In this document: positions 55,848-64,000 of the stretch, one piece after another | Layout: each line of letters opens with the position of its first letter | How positions within the stretch are numbered: the stretch's first letter is position 1 | Source: Oscillospiraceae bacterium | GTDB lineage: Bacteria; Bacillota; Clostridia; Oscillospirales; CAG-272 | Length of the DNA stretch: 64,000 nucleotides | Direction of reading: 5' to 3' | NCBI GenBank assembly: GCA_015064095.1 | Contig: SVSW01000001.1 | Location: 64,709-128,708, forward strand | The notes under the pieces: generated by a model | The model's input: the letters and a program-made list of their open reading frames with translations, nothing else | What the model was told of the DNA's origin: nothing | Database searches by the model: none | Translations under genes and position numbers: made by a program

Positions 55848-56693
55848 ATGAAGCTACTTAAAAATAAGGCTTTTATGGTGCTTATCAGTATAGCTGTCGT
55901 GCTCTCCGTTATTCCTTCCGTGCTTTATATAACGGGCGGACGCGACCTGCTCCGCGAGGGACTTTCGCTCGCCGCCAAGCCGTTCCGCGCCGCAGCATCG
56001 TTTTGCGCCGACGGCGTTTCCGGATTTTTTGAATATTTTTCAAAGGTTGACGAGCTCTTAAAAGAAAACGAGGAGCTCCGCGCAGAGATTGACCGCCTGC
56101 AAGGCGCGGCGGCCTCCGCCGAGATCTCGAAGTACGAAAACGAATGGCTGCGCGAGCAGCTCGGGTTCGTTTCGGACAATCAATCCTACACGTTTGAGGA
56201 AGCCTCCGTTATCGGATACTCCGCCTCCGGCTATTCGGCGATATACACGATCGACCGCGGAAGCGAGGCGGGCATAAAAAAGAACATGGCAGTTATCAGC
56301 CACGGCGGCGTTGTAGGTTACATATGTGAGGTCGGGACGGGATATTCAAAGGTCTGCGCGCTCACCGACATTTCATCTGCCGTGGGCGTTTACTGCCCCC
56401 GTACCGGGATATACGGCACGGCGCGCGGCGGAGAGACTTATATTTCGGACGGTAATTTTATGATAACGGGCCTTCCCGTTGAAAGCGATATTGAGATCGG
56501 AGATCTTTTCTGCTCCTCGGGCTACGGCGGAATTTTCCCGAAGGATATTGCCGTCGGGTATGTTGCCGCGGTCGAGCGCGACGAGTTTTTGCGCAATCTC
56601 ACGGTGGTGCTTGAACCGACCGCAAAGACCGATTCCGTATTCCGCGTCTTTGTTGTGACCTCCGTGACGGTCGGCGGAGATACTGCAAAATGA
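55848..56693 (+). CDS. mreC: rod shape-determining protein MreC
   Basis: The 281-aa protein has an N-terminal TM helix, a coiled coil (ELLKENEELRAEIDRLQ) and a beta-rich C-terminal domain. It is followed by mreD. Confidence 0.75.
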   Translation: MKLLKNKAFMVLISIAVVLSVIPSVLYITGGRDLLREGLSLAAKPFRAAASFCADGVSGFFEYFSKVDELLKENEELRAEIDRLQGAAASAEISKYENEWLREQLGFVSDNQSYTFEEASVIGYSASGYSAIYTIDRGSEAGIKKNMAVISHGGVVGYICEVGTGYSKVCALTDISSAVGVYCPRTGIYGTARGGETYISDGNFMITGLPVESDIEIGDLFCSSGYGGIFPKDIAVGYVAAVERDEFLRNLTVVLEPTAKTDSVFRVFVVTSVTVGGDTAK

Positions 56694-57235
56694 GCGCACA
56701 GCAAAGCAACTCGACCCGTGGGCTTACATTGACCCGCGCAATATTTTACACTATTGCGGCCTTTCTTCTCGCCGTGATCCAGTCAACCGTCGGCAAGGAT
56801 ATTTCTCTTTTCGGTATGCCGCCGCAGCTCACGCTTGCACTCACGGCTGCCGCCGCATATTTTTACGGCCCGTTGACGGGCGGCACGGTCGGACTTGTAT
56901 CGGGAATCTTCACCGAAGCTCTCGGCGCTGTCGGCGTTTCCGTTTTGCCGCTTCTCTATTGCCTTATCGGCTGGTTTTGCGGCACGGTGAAAGCAAAGAC
57001 CGTCGGACAAAAGCCCAAAAATTTTATCGGCATTATGATCACCGTTTTATTCGCAGCTCTCGCCGGTATGGGGGTCACGCTCGTGCGGCTCACGGTCGGT
57101 GTCGGTCGTCCGAACCTTTTGTCGGCGCTCGTCTACATCGTCCTGCCGGAGCTGCTCTCCACCTTTATTTACGGAATTTTAATAGGACTTTTAAATCTGT
57201 TTATATATTTTTTGATTAACAAGAGCAAAGTATGA
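56690..57235 (+). CDS. mreD: rod shape-determining protein MreD
   Basis: The 181-aa protein is polytopic. Its start overlaps the mreC stop. Confidence 0.65.
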   Translation: MSAQQSNSTRGLTLTRAIFYTIAAFLLAVIQSTVGKDISLFGMPPQLTLALTAAAAYFYGPLTGGTVGLVSGIFTEALGAVGVSVLPLLYCLIGWFCGTVKAKTVGQKPKNFIGIMITVLFAALAGMGVTLVRLTVGVGRPNLLSALVYIVLPELLSTFIYGILIGLLNLFIYFLINKSKV

Positions 57236-58983
57236 AAATAGTTGTTGGACAAGGAAGCTGCGGTATTGCAGCCGGCGCAGGACGCGTTTATGACGCCGTT
57301 TGCGCCGAGATTAAAAACAAAAATTCAATCACCGAGCTCGGTATCACGGGCTGCCTCGGCCTTTGCTGGCTTGAACCGATCGTGGATCTTTACGATGGCG
57401 ACGCTCTCGTTTTAAGGCTCGTTCGCGTGACGGAAAACGACGCGGAAGCGATCGTTCGTGCGGCAAACGGCGAGCTCTCGGCCGTCGAGGACCTCGCCAT
57501 CTCCCCCGAGGACGAGCAGTTTCTCTCAAAGCAGACCCGTATTGCTCTGCGCAACTGCGGCGTGTGCGACCCGACGAGCATTGATGCATACATAGAGCGC
57601 GGCGGTTACGCGGCGGCAAAAAAAGCGTTGACCGAAATGACGCCCGACGGCGTTATTGGAGAGATCAAGATCTCCGGTCTTGCCGGTCGCGGCGGCGCGG
57701 GCTTCCCTACTTGGTTTAAGTGGAACGCCGCAAAAAACGCTGTCGGTGAAAACAAGCACCTGATCTGTAACGCTGACGAGGGCGACCCCGGTGCATTCAT
57801 GGATCGCGCGGTCATCGAATCCGACCCTCATAATCTCATCGAGGGAATGTTGATCGGCGCGTATGCCATCGGTGCTGAGGAAATGATCGTCTACGTTCGT
57901 GCGGAATATCCTTTGGCGGTCGTTCGTTTGAAAAAGGCGATAGAGGACGCGCGCGCGCGCGGATTTCTCGGCAAAAACATTCTCGGCACGGGCTTTTCCT
58001 GCGACATGCGCATAAAAATGGGCGCGGGTGCGTTCGTTTGCGGAGAGGAAACGGCACTTATCGAATCCCTTGAGGGCAATCGCGGTATGCCAAGACTTAA
58101 ACCGCCTTTCCCCGCGCAAAAGGGATATAAAAACGAGCCGTCGAATATAAATAACGTTGAGACGTTCGCAAACGTTGCGTGGATCATAAAAAACGGCGGC
58201 GAAAAATTCGCCGAAATGGGTACGCCCGACAGCCGCGGAACAAAGGTGTTCGCGCTCACGGGTAAGATCCGCCGCGGCGGACTTGTTGAGATCCCCATGG
58301 GAAAGACCTTGCGCGACGTTATATTTGATATCGGCGGCGGTATACGCGACGGCGGAGAATTCAAAGCCGTTCAAATGGGCGGACCGTCCGGCGGCTGTAT
58401 TCCCGAAAGCCTGCTCGATACCGTCATAGATTATAAAAAACTTGCCGCAACGGGCGCTATCATGGGCTCGGGCGGAATGGTCGTTATGGATTCTTCGACC
58501 TGCATGGTCGGCATGGCGAAATTCTTTCTCGATTTCACGGCGAAGGAAAGTTGCGGAAAGTGCGTTCATTGCCGACTCGGCACAAAGCGCATGCAGGAGA
58601 TCCTCACGCGAATCTGCGAGGGTCACGGCAAGGAGGGCGACGTTGAGCTGCTCTCTGAGCTTTGCGAATCCGTAAAGGACGGCGCGCTTTGCGGTCTTGG
58701 TCAGACGGCGCCGAATCCGGTGCTTTCGACCATCAGATATTTCCGTGACGAATACGACGCACATATCAAAGACAAAAAATGCCCGGCACACAGCTGCACT
58801 GAGCTTTTAACATACGAGATCGATCCCGAGCTTTGCCGCGGCTGCACGCTTTGTGCGAAAAAATGTCCGGCATCGGCGATCAGCGGTGCTGTCAAGACCA
58901 AACACGTTATTGACCCCGAAAAGTGCATAAAATGCGGGCAGTGCCGCAACGTTTGCAAATTCTCGGCGGTCAAAGTTAATTGA
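57232..58983 (+). CDS. NuoF/HydB-like NAD(P)H-FMN-FeS subunit with N-terminal thioredoxin-like 2Fe-2S domain and C-terminal 2x[4Fe-4S]
   Basis: The 583-aa ORF has GLAGRGGAGFPT, CNADEGDPGAF, ESCGKCVHCR, and C-terminal CRGCTLCAKKCP and CIKCGQCRNVC. The ATG overlaps the mreD stop (ATGA). Confidence 0.8.
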   Translation: MKIVVGQGSCGIAAGAGRVYDAVCAEIKNKNSITELGITGCLGLCWLEPIVDLYDGDALVLRLVRVTENDAEAIVRAANGELSAVEDLAISPEDEQFLSKQTRIALRNCGVCDPTSIDAYIERGGYAAAKKALTEMTPDGVIGEIKISGLAGRGGAGFPTWFKWNAAKNAVGENKHLICNADEGDPGAFMDRAVIESDPHNLIEGMLIGAYAIGAEEMIVYVRAEYPLAVVRLKKAIEDARARGFLGKNILGTGFSCDMRIKMGAGAFVCGEETALIESLEGNRGMPRLKPPFPAQKGYKNEPSNINNVETFANVAWIIKNGGEKFAEMGTPDSRGTKVFALTGKIRRGGLVEIPMGKTLRDVIFDIGGGIRDGGEFKAVQMGGPSGGCIPESLLDTVIDYKKLAATGAIMGSGGMVVMDSSTCMVGMAKFFLDFTAKESCGKCVHCRLGTKRMQEILTRICEGHGKEGDVELLSELCESVKDGALCGLGQTAPNPVLSTIRYFRDEYDAHIKDKKCPAHSCTELLTYEIDPELCRGCTLCAKKCPASAISGAVKTKHVIDPEKCIKCGQCRNVCKFSAVKVN

Positions 58984-58991
58984 GGCACAAA

Positions 58992-61028
58992 ATGGTAAAA
59001 TTTAAAATAAACGGAATAGAATGTACCGCCGAGGAGGGAGAATTTTTGCTCTCTGCGGCCAAGAAAAACGGGATAGATATCCCGAATCTCTGCAACCACC
59101 CCTCCGTCGGGGTCTACGGCTCTTGCGGACTTTGCCTCGTCGAGGCGTCCCACACGCCAAAGCTCTTGCGCGCCTGTGCAACCGCCGTGACCGACGGAAT
59201 GGAGATCAAAACAGAAACGCCTCGCGTAAAACGCGCGCGCAAGATCGCGCTCGAGCTGCTTATGAGCGATCACAGCGGCGACTGTATCGGCCCTTGCAGC
59301 CTTAACTGCCCTGCCGGCACGGATTGCCAAGGCTATGTCAAAAAGATCGCACTGGGCGATATGCACGGCGCGGTGGAGATCATCAAGGATAAGCTCCCGC
59401 TTCCGGCTTCGATCGGTCGCGTTTGCCCTCACCCGTGTGAGCGCGCGTGCCGCCGAGCAAACGTTGAAGCTCCGATATCTATCGCTACCCTCAAATATTT
59501 CGCTGCCGACCGCGATCTGTCCGAGAATACATATAAGCCGACAAAGTGTGCACCAACGGGCAAGCGCGTGAGCATTATCGGCGCAGGCCCTGCCGGACTG
59601 ACGGCGGCTTATTTCCTTTCACTTTCGGGTCACTCTGTGACCGTATATGACGCGATGCCGAAGGCCGGCGGTATGCTGCGCTACGGTATTCCGGCATACA
59701 GGCTCCCGAAAAATATTCTTGACGCCGAAATAGCTCTTATTGCCGAGCTTGGCGTTGAATTCAAATTAAATACAAAGATCGGCCGCGACATCTCCTTTGA
59801 GATGGTCAGATCAGCTGCCGATGCAACCGTCATTGCCGTGGGCGCATGGAGATCAATGTCAATGAGGATCCCCGGCGAGGAGCTTGACGGAGTGCGCGGC
59901 GGTATTGACTTTTTAAGAGAAGTTTCGCTTTATAATTCCGGCGAGGGCGAAAAACCCGAAATTGGCGATAATGTGCTGATCTGCGGCGGCGGAAACACCG
60001 CTATGGACGCATGCCGCAGCGCCGTTCGCCTTGGTGCTGAAAACGTTTACGTCGCATACAGGCGTACAAGGGCGGAAATGCCGGCTGACCCCGAGGAAAT
60101 CGAGCAGGCGATCGAGGAAGGCGTTAAATTCAGATTTTTGCAAAACCCCATCGAGATACTCGGCGAGGACGGCAAGGTCACCGGCGCAAAGCTTCAGGTC
60201 ATGGAGCTCGGAGAGCCAGATGCGTCAGGCAGGCGCTCGCCCGTTGCCGTTGAGGGCAAGTTCGAGCATCTTGATTTAGATACCGTTATAGAAGCTATCG
60301 GACAAACGCTTGACTTTTCGGGCGATTTTGGTGTAGAATATAACAAACGCGGTTACATATGCGCCGATGAGGCGAGCTTTGCGACCGCCGCCGAGGGCGT
60401 TTTCGCCATTGGTGACGCAACGAACCGCGGCGCTTCGATCGCCATTGAGGCGATCGGCGAGGCGAACCGAGCCGCGCGAGTGATCGACAGCTATCTTGCC
60501 GGCGAAACGGTACCCTATAAAAAACCTTTCGTTTCAGAGCAGAAGGCTTCCGATATTGACTTTTCGGGCTATGAGAAAAAGCCGCGCGAGCAGGTCGTTT
60601 TCAGACCTGCCGATGAGCGTAAAAAAGATTTTTGCGCAATAACGGACGGGCTGACGGAAAGCCAAGCGATCGCCGAGGCAAAGCGTTGCCTTGAATGCGG
60701 CTGCCACGATTATTCGGATTGCCGCCTTATCCGCGAGGCGCGTAAAGAAGATCTCGACCCCGCAAGACTTGCGGGCGAAAAGAACCGCCACAAAAAGGAG
60801 CAACGGCTCGTTTGCATTGAGCGCGATAACGGAAAGTGCATACTTTGCTCCCTTTGCGTTCGCACCTGCTCCGAAAATGCAAAGCGCGGCCTGCTCGGAC
60901 TTGTCGGCCGTGGCTTTGACACGGTCATAAAGCCCGAATTTATCGGAACCAACGCTATCGCGGACTGCAAGAGCTGCCGCCTTTGCGTTGATATCTGCCC
61001 CACTGGCGCACTTAAATTCATTGATTAA
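58992..61028 (+). CDS. fusion: NuoG-N-type 2Fe-2S ferredoxin domain + GltD/NfnB-like FAD/NAD(P)H oxidoreductase + C-terminal Cys-cluster domain
   Basis: ORF 58980..61028 is trimmed to MVKFKINGIEC (ATG 58992). It contains, in order:
- 2Fe-2S-like CNHPSVGVYGSCGLCLVE
- GltD-like CPHPCERAC
- dinucleotide folds IIGAGPAGLTAAY and CGGGNTAMD
- terminal CLECGCHDYSDC, CILCSLCVRTC and CKSCRLCVDICP. Confidence 0.75.
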   Translation: MVKFKINGIECTAEEGEFLLSAAKKNGIDIPNLCNHPSVGVYGSCGLCLVEASHTPKLLRACATAVTDGMEIKTETPRVKRARKIALELLMSDHSGDCIGPCSLNCPAGTDCQGYVKKIALGDMHGAVEIIKDKLPLPASIGRVCPHPCERACRRANVEAPISIATLKYFAADRDLSENTYKPTKCAPTGKRVSIIGAGPAGLTAAYFLSLSGHSVTVYDAMPKAGGMLRYGIPAYRLPKNILDAEIALIAELGVEFKLNTKIGRDISFEMVRSAADATVIAVGAWRSMSMRIPGEELDGVRGGIDFLREVSLYNSGEGEKPEIGDNVLICGGGNTAMDACRSAVRLGAENVYVAYRRTRAEMPADPEEIEQAIEEGVKFRFLQNPIEILGEDGKVTGAKLQVMELGEPDASGRRSPVAVEGKFEHLDLDTVIEAIGQTLDFSGDFGVEYNKRGYICADEASFATAAEGVFAIGDATNRGASIAIEAIGEANRAARVIDSYLAGETVPYKKPFVSEQKASDIDFSGYEKKPREQVVFRPADERKKDFCAITDGLTESQAIAEAKRCLECGCHDYSDCRLIREARKEDLDPARLAGEKNRHKKEQRLVCIERDNGKCILCSLCVRTCSENAKRGLLGLVGRGFDTVIKPEFIGTNAIADCKSCRLCVDICPTGALKFID

Positions 61029-61055
61029 AATTTTATTTTATAAGGAGGTTACACC

Positions 61056-61316
61056 ATGGATCTTTTGAAGAAGCTGTTTCCTTATTCCTTCGGAACGAAA
61101 GATGTTGCGAATTTGGTCATCAAGACCATAATTTACATTGTCGTAACAGCTGTTCTCGGAGCGGTCATCGGTCTTTCGACCCTTCTCGTTGCTTGGATTC
61201 CGGTCGTCGGTCTGCTCGTCGCTTGGCTGCTCGGTCTTGTCAGCTCCCTTGCCGGCATTTACTGCCTCGCAGGCATTGTCGTCATGTTCCTTGATTACTT
61301 CAAGGTTCTCAAGTAA
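61056..61316 (+). CDS. small (86 aa) two/three-TM membrane protein, unknown function
   Basis: The RBS is AAGGAGG and the core is hydrophobic. The strong terminator GAGCCGCGGAC/GTCCGCGGCTC lies at 61324-61358. Confidence 0.6.
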   Translation: MDLLKKLFPYSFGTKDVANLVIKTIIYIVVTAVLGAVIGLSTLLVAWIPVVGLLVAWLLGLVSSLAGIYCLAGIVVMFLDYFKVLK

Positions 61317-61436
61317 TTTCGGCAAAAAAGAGCCGCGGACTTTGTCCGCGGCTCTTTTGCTTCTTTAATTTTTTGTTGACATTATAGCTTACGCGTGTTA
61401 AAATATACACAGGTATATATATATTCAGAGGTAGTA

Positions 61437-62321
61437 ATGTTTTTTGAAGATCTTTGGGAGGCGTTATCGGACGCGCTTCTTGATACGCTAAAAATAGCGG
61501 CGTTTCTCTTTCTCTCATATTTGCTCATGGAGCTCCTTGAGCACAAATCGGGAAAGAAAAGCGAAAATATAATAAAAAACGCAGGTCGGGTCGGGCCGCT
61601 TATCGGCGGACTTCTCGGCGCTTTGCCGCAGTGCGGATTTTCCGCCGCTGCCGCAGGACTTTATGCCGGCGGCCTTTTGACACGCGGAACTCTTATCGCG
61701 GTGTTTCTTTCGACCTCTGACGAAATGCTGCCCATTATGCTTTCGGGTATGGCAAACGGCGCGGTTCGCCCGTTACAGCTGCTCTCCCTGCTCTGCATCA
61801 AGATCGTTTGCGCCGTTATCGCGGGCTTTGCCTTTGATCTGATATTCAAAAAGCGAGCGCCGGAGCAGCACATAGGTGAGCTTTGTGAGCATGAGGGTTG
61901 CAGCTGCGGCGAGCACGGAATACTTATTTCTTCCCTGCTGCACACCGCAAAGGTCGCGCTTTTCATTCTTTTGACCACGTTCGCAATAAATCTTGCGGTC
62001 ATATATATCGGGCTTGATAATATCGGTGCCGTTTTGCACTCGGTACCCGTTGTCGGTGAGCTTGTTGCCGCCGCCGTGGGACTTATTCCGAACTGCGCTT
62101 CGTCCGTTGTCATCACAGAGCTTTATATTGGCGGCGCTATCACGGCATCGGAGCTGCTTTCGGGGCTTTTCGTCGGCGCGGGCGTCGGACTTTTGGTGCT
62201 CTTTCGCACGAACCGAAGCATCAGGGAAAACCTCGTCATTACGGCTATGCTGTATTTTAGCGGAGTGCTTCTCGGTCTGCTTGTAGGCGCGACGGGGCTT
62301 GCCTCGCTTTTGGGGCTTTGA
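61437..62321 (+). CDS. polytopic membrane protein resembling the putative 10-TM heavy-metal exporter (ArsP_2-like) family
   Basis: ORF 61395..62321 is trimmed to MFFEDLWEAL (ATG 61437). It has paired motifs (GALPQCGFSAAAA and GLIPNCASSVV). The TTGACA-17-TAAAAT promoter lies at about 61375-61404. Confidence 0.45.
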   Translation: MFFEDLWEALSDALLDTLKIAAFLFLSYLLMELLEHKSGKKSENIIKNAGRVGPLIGGLLGALPQCGFSAAAAGLYAGGLLTRGTLIAVFLSTSDEMLPIMLSGMANGAVRPLQLLSLLCIKIVCAVIAGFAFDLIFKKRAPEQHIGELCEHEGCSCGEHGILISSLLHTAKVALFILLTTFAINLAVIYIGLDNIGAVLHSVPVVGELVAAAVGLIPNCASSVVITELYIGGAITASELLSGLFVGAGVGLLVLFRTNRSIRENLVITAMLYFSGVLLGLLVGATGLASLLGL

Positions 62322-62450
62322 TGTAAAAACGCGGACTTTTTTGGCTCGAAGCTGCAGCTTTTGCGCCCCTTTTGCACAAATCTTGCCGCATAGGTTGAAA
62401 AAGTCAGACTTATATGATATAATTAAGTAACAACACAAGGAGGAATGGCT

Positions 62451-64000
62451 ATGTCTCAAAAAACCGTAATTCCTACTCATGCGACTATTTATGATCTTCT
62501 CGCTCATTCGGCTTTGCACTACGCAAAGAAGACGGCGATCGAGGAAAAATGCGGAGATTTTTATATAGGCCATACCTATGCTCAGCTTAATGACGCAACA
62601 AGAAAGCTCGCTTCTGCTTTGCGCCGCATGCTCGGCGCGGGTGCGAACGTTATGATCGTCGGCGAAAACGGATATAACTTCGTCCTTTCTTATCTCGGCG
62701 TTGTCTGCTCGGGCTGTGCTGCAATTCCGCTTCCCGTTTCCGTCACGCTCGAAACGGCGAGAGCCGCCGTGCGCGACTGCGATATCTGTGCACTTATTTA
62801 CGGGGACGATGCAAAAGAGCTTGCCGAGGGCATACAGAAAAAGGTCAAGAAGATCTCGTTTTCGGCTCTGCACGATATGGTCAAAAACGAAAAAACGGTC
62901 AAGCTCACACCCCCGTCACAGGACGATATTGCAGAGCTTGCATACACGTACGGCGCTGAGGAAACGCCCCGTGCCGCAGTCCTCACTCACAAGAACATCT
63001 GCTTTTCTATCGACGAAATGGCAAAGACCTTGCCGCTTTCCCCCGATGACAAGCTCTATTCCGTGCTTCCGACGGCGTATAGCTACGAGCGCATATGCGG
63101 CACGCTTTACCCTCTTTCGATGGGTGCTTGCGTGACATACGGCGAGGGGCTTCGCCATCTTTCCACAAATCTGCGATGCGTGTCACCCACCGTTATGCTC
63201 TGCGTTCCCCTGATCCTTGACCGTATCTACGGCAAGATATGGGCAAATATCGAGAAAAAAGGTATCGGCGAGTCCGTTCGCCGCGCGATAAAGCTGACAG
63301 CTGCCGCAGGGCCTTTGCGCACCGCCGTTCGCCGTCAGGTTTTTGCCGAGATACACGATTCGCTCGGCGGCCGACTTTCCGTTCTGTTTTGCGGCGGAGG
63401 TCTTCCTTCTCACGAGGCGGTCTACGGTCTGCGCGAGTTCGGCATTCGCACGCTTGCGTGCTACGGTGCTGTTGAAACTGCGGCTCTTATGTGTGCAAAC
63501 CGCCGCGACCTGCACGAATATTCCTCTGTCGGAATGCCCGTTCCCGGAGGACTTCTTGACATCTACAATATCCAAGCCGACGGGGTCGGAGAGATCAGAT
63601 ACAAGGGCGGAAACGTTTTTGACGGATACTATAAAAACGAAGAGCTTACAAAAACCGTTCTACACGACGGCTGGTTTTATACCGGCGATATGGGCTATTT
63701 TGACCGCCGCGGATTTTTGCACATAGTCGGCAAAAAGAGCAATATGATCCTTCGCGCGCGTCGTCGTGCGGTCTTCCCCGAGGAGATCGAAAAGAAGCTG
63801 ACGGGATCTCCCTTTATCGAGGAGGCGGCAGTTTACGGAGAACTTGATTCGACCGGCAAGGATTACGATATCGTTGCACGCATCGTGCCCGATATGAAAA
63901 ATCTCGAGGCGCTTTACGGCAGATCGCTCTCGCAGGATAAGATCCAAAACGAGATCGCAAAAGCCGTTGAAGCCGCAAATGCCGAGCTTGATCCGCACAA
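62451..64000 (+). CDS. long-chain-fatty-acid--CoA ligase-like AMP-binding enzyme (3' end outside window)
   Basis: This ORF is absent from the ORF track because it has no stop inside the window. ATG 62451 follows an AAGGAGG RBS. My own translation reads MSQKTVIPTHATIYDLL ... YTYGAEETPRAAVLTHKN ... YGAVETA ... FYTGDMGYFD..GFLHIVGKK, which are adenylate-forming motifs. Confidence 0.7.
   Translation, partial: MSQKTVIPTHATIYDLLAHSALHYAKKTAIEEKCGDFYIGHTYAQLNDATRKLASALRRMLGAGANVMIVGENGYNFVLSYLGVVCSGCAAIPLPVSVTLETARAAVRDCDICALIYGDDAKELAEGIQKKVKKISFSALHDMVKNEKTVKLTPPSQDDIAELAYTYGAEETPRAAVLTHKNICFSIDEMAKTLPLSPDDKLYSVLPTAYSYERICGTLYPLSMGACVTYGEGLRHLSTNLRCVSPTVMLCVPLILDRIYGKIWANIEKKGIGESVRRAIKLTAAAGPLRTAVRRQVFAEIHDSLGGRLSVLFCGGGLPSHEAVYGLREFGIRTLACYGAVETAALMCANRRDLHEYSSVGMPVPGGLLDIYNIQADGVGEIRYKGGNVFDGYYKNEELTKTVLHDGWFYTGDMGYFDRRGFLHIVGKKSNMILRARRRAVFPEEIEKKLTGSPFIEEAAVYGELDSTGKDYDIVARIVPDMKNLEALYGRSLSQDKIQNEIAKAVEAANAELDPH

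Overview
This window looks like a chromosomal segment from a Gram-positive anaerobe, probably Clostridia. The taxonomy is inferred from GGAGG ribosome-binding sites, T-box leaders, an ECF S-component, PFOR and a split transketolase.

It is densely packed with housekeeping and carbohydrate-use genes:
- Central and general metabolism: a citrate synthase-aconitase-IDH operon, transketolase, PFOR, IMPDH and fhs.
- tRNA and translation-related: cca, tRNA-Ser(UGA) and cysE-cysS.
- Envelope and other housekeeping: secG, xth, uppP, ruvX and mreCD.
- Sugar use: uxaC, tandem SGNH esterases, a maltodextrin-type ABC operon, and an AraC-controlled operon carrying a leaderless GH89-like hydrolase.

I found no rRNA, CRISPR array, transposase, integrase, phage or recognisable defence genes.

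The most unusual content is two paralogous genes about 30 kb apart (4557-6827 and 34607-36901, minus strand). Each encodes an XRE-HTH + cupin module fused to an AMP-forming acyl-CoA synthetase. Each is preceded by its own promoter and a complete T-box riboswitch leader. From the K-turn geometry I read the specifier codons as GUC (Val) and AUC (Ile), which suggests tRNA-sensed activation of branched-chain fatty acids for branched-chain amino-acid synthesis.

Other points worth a second look:
- A NuoF-like / NuoG-N+GltD-like flavin-FeS oxidoreductase pair translationally coupled to mreD.
- A GldF/GldG-like ABC-2 system with a 917-aa partner protein.
- A leaderless Thr-rich beta-repeat protein.
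- Inverted heptamer repeat blocks next to tRNA-Ser.

All calls come from reading the sequence and from recalled family motifs. No searches or folding programs were run.
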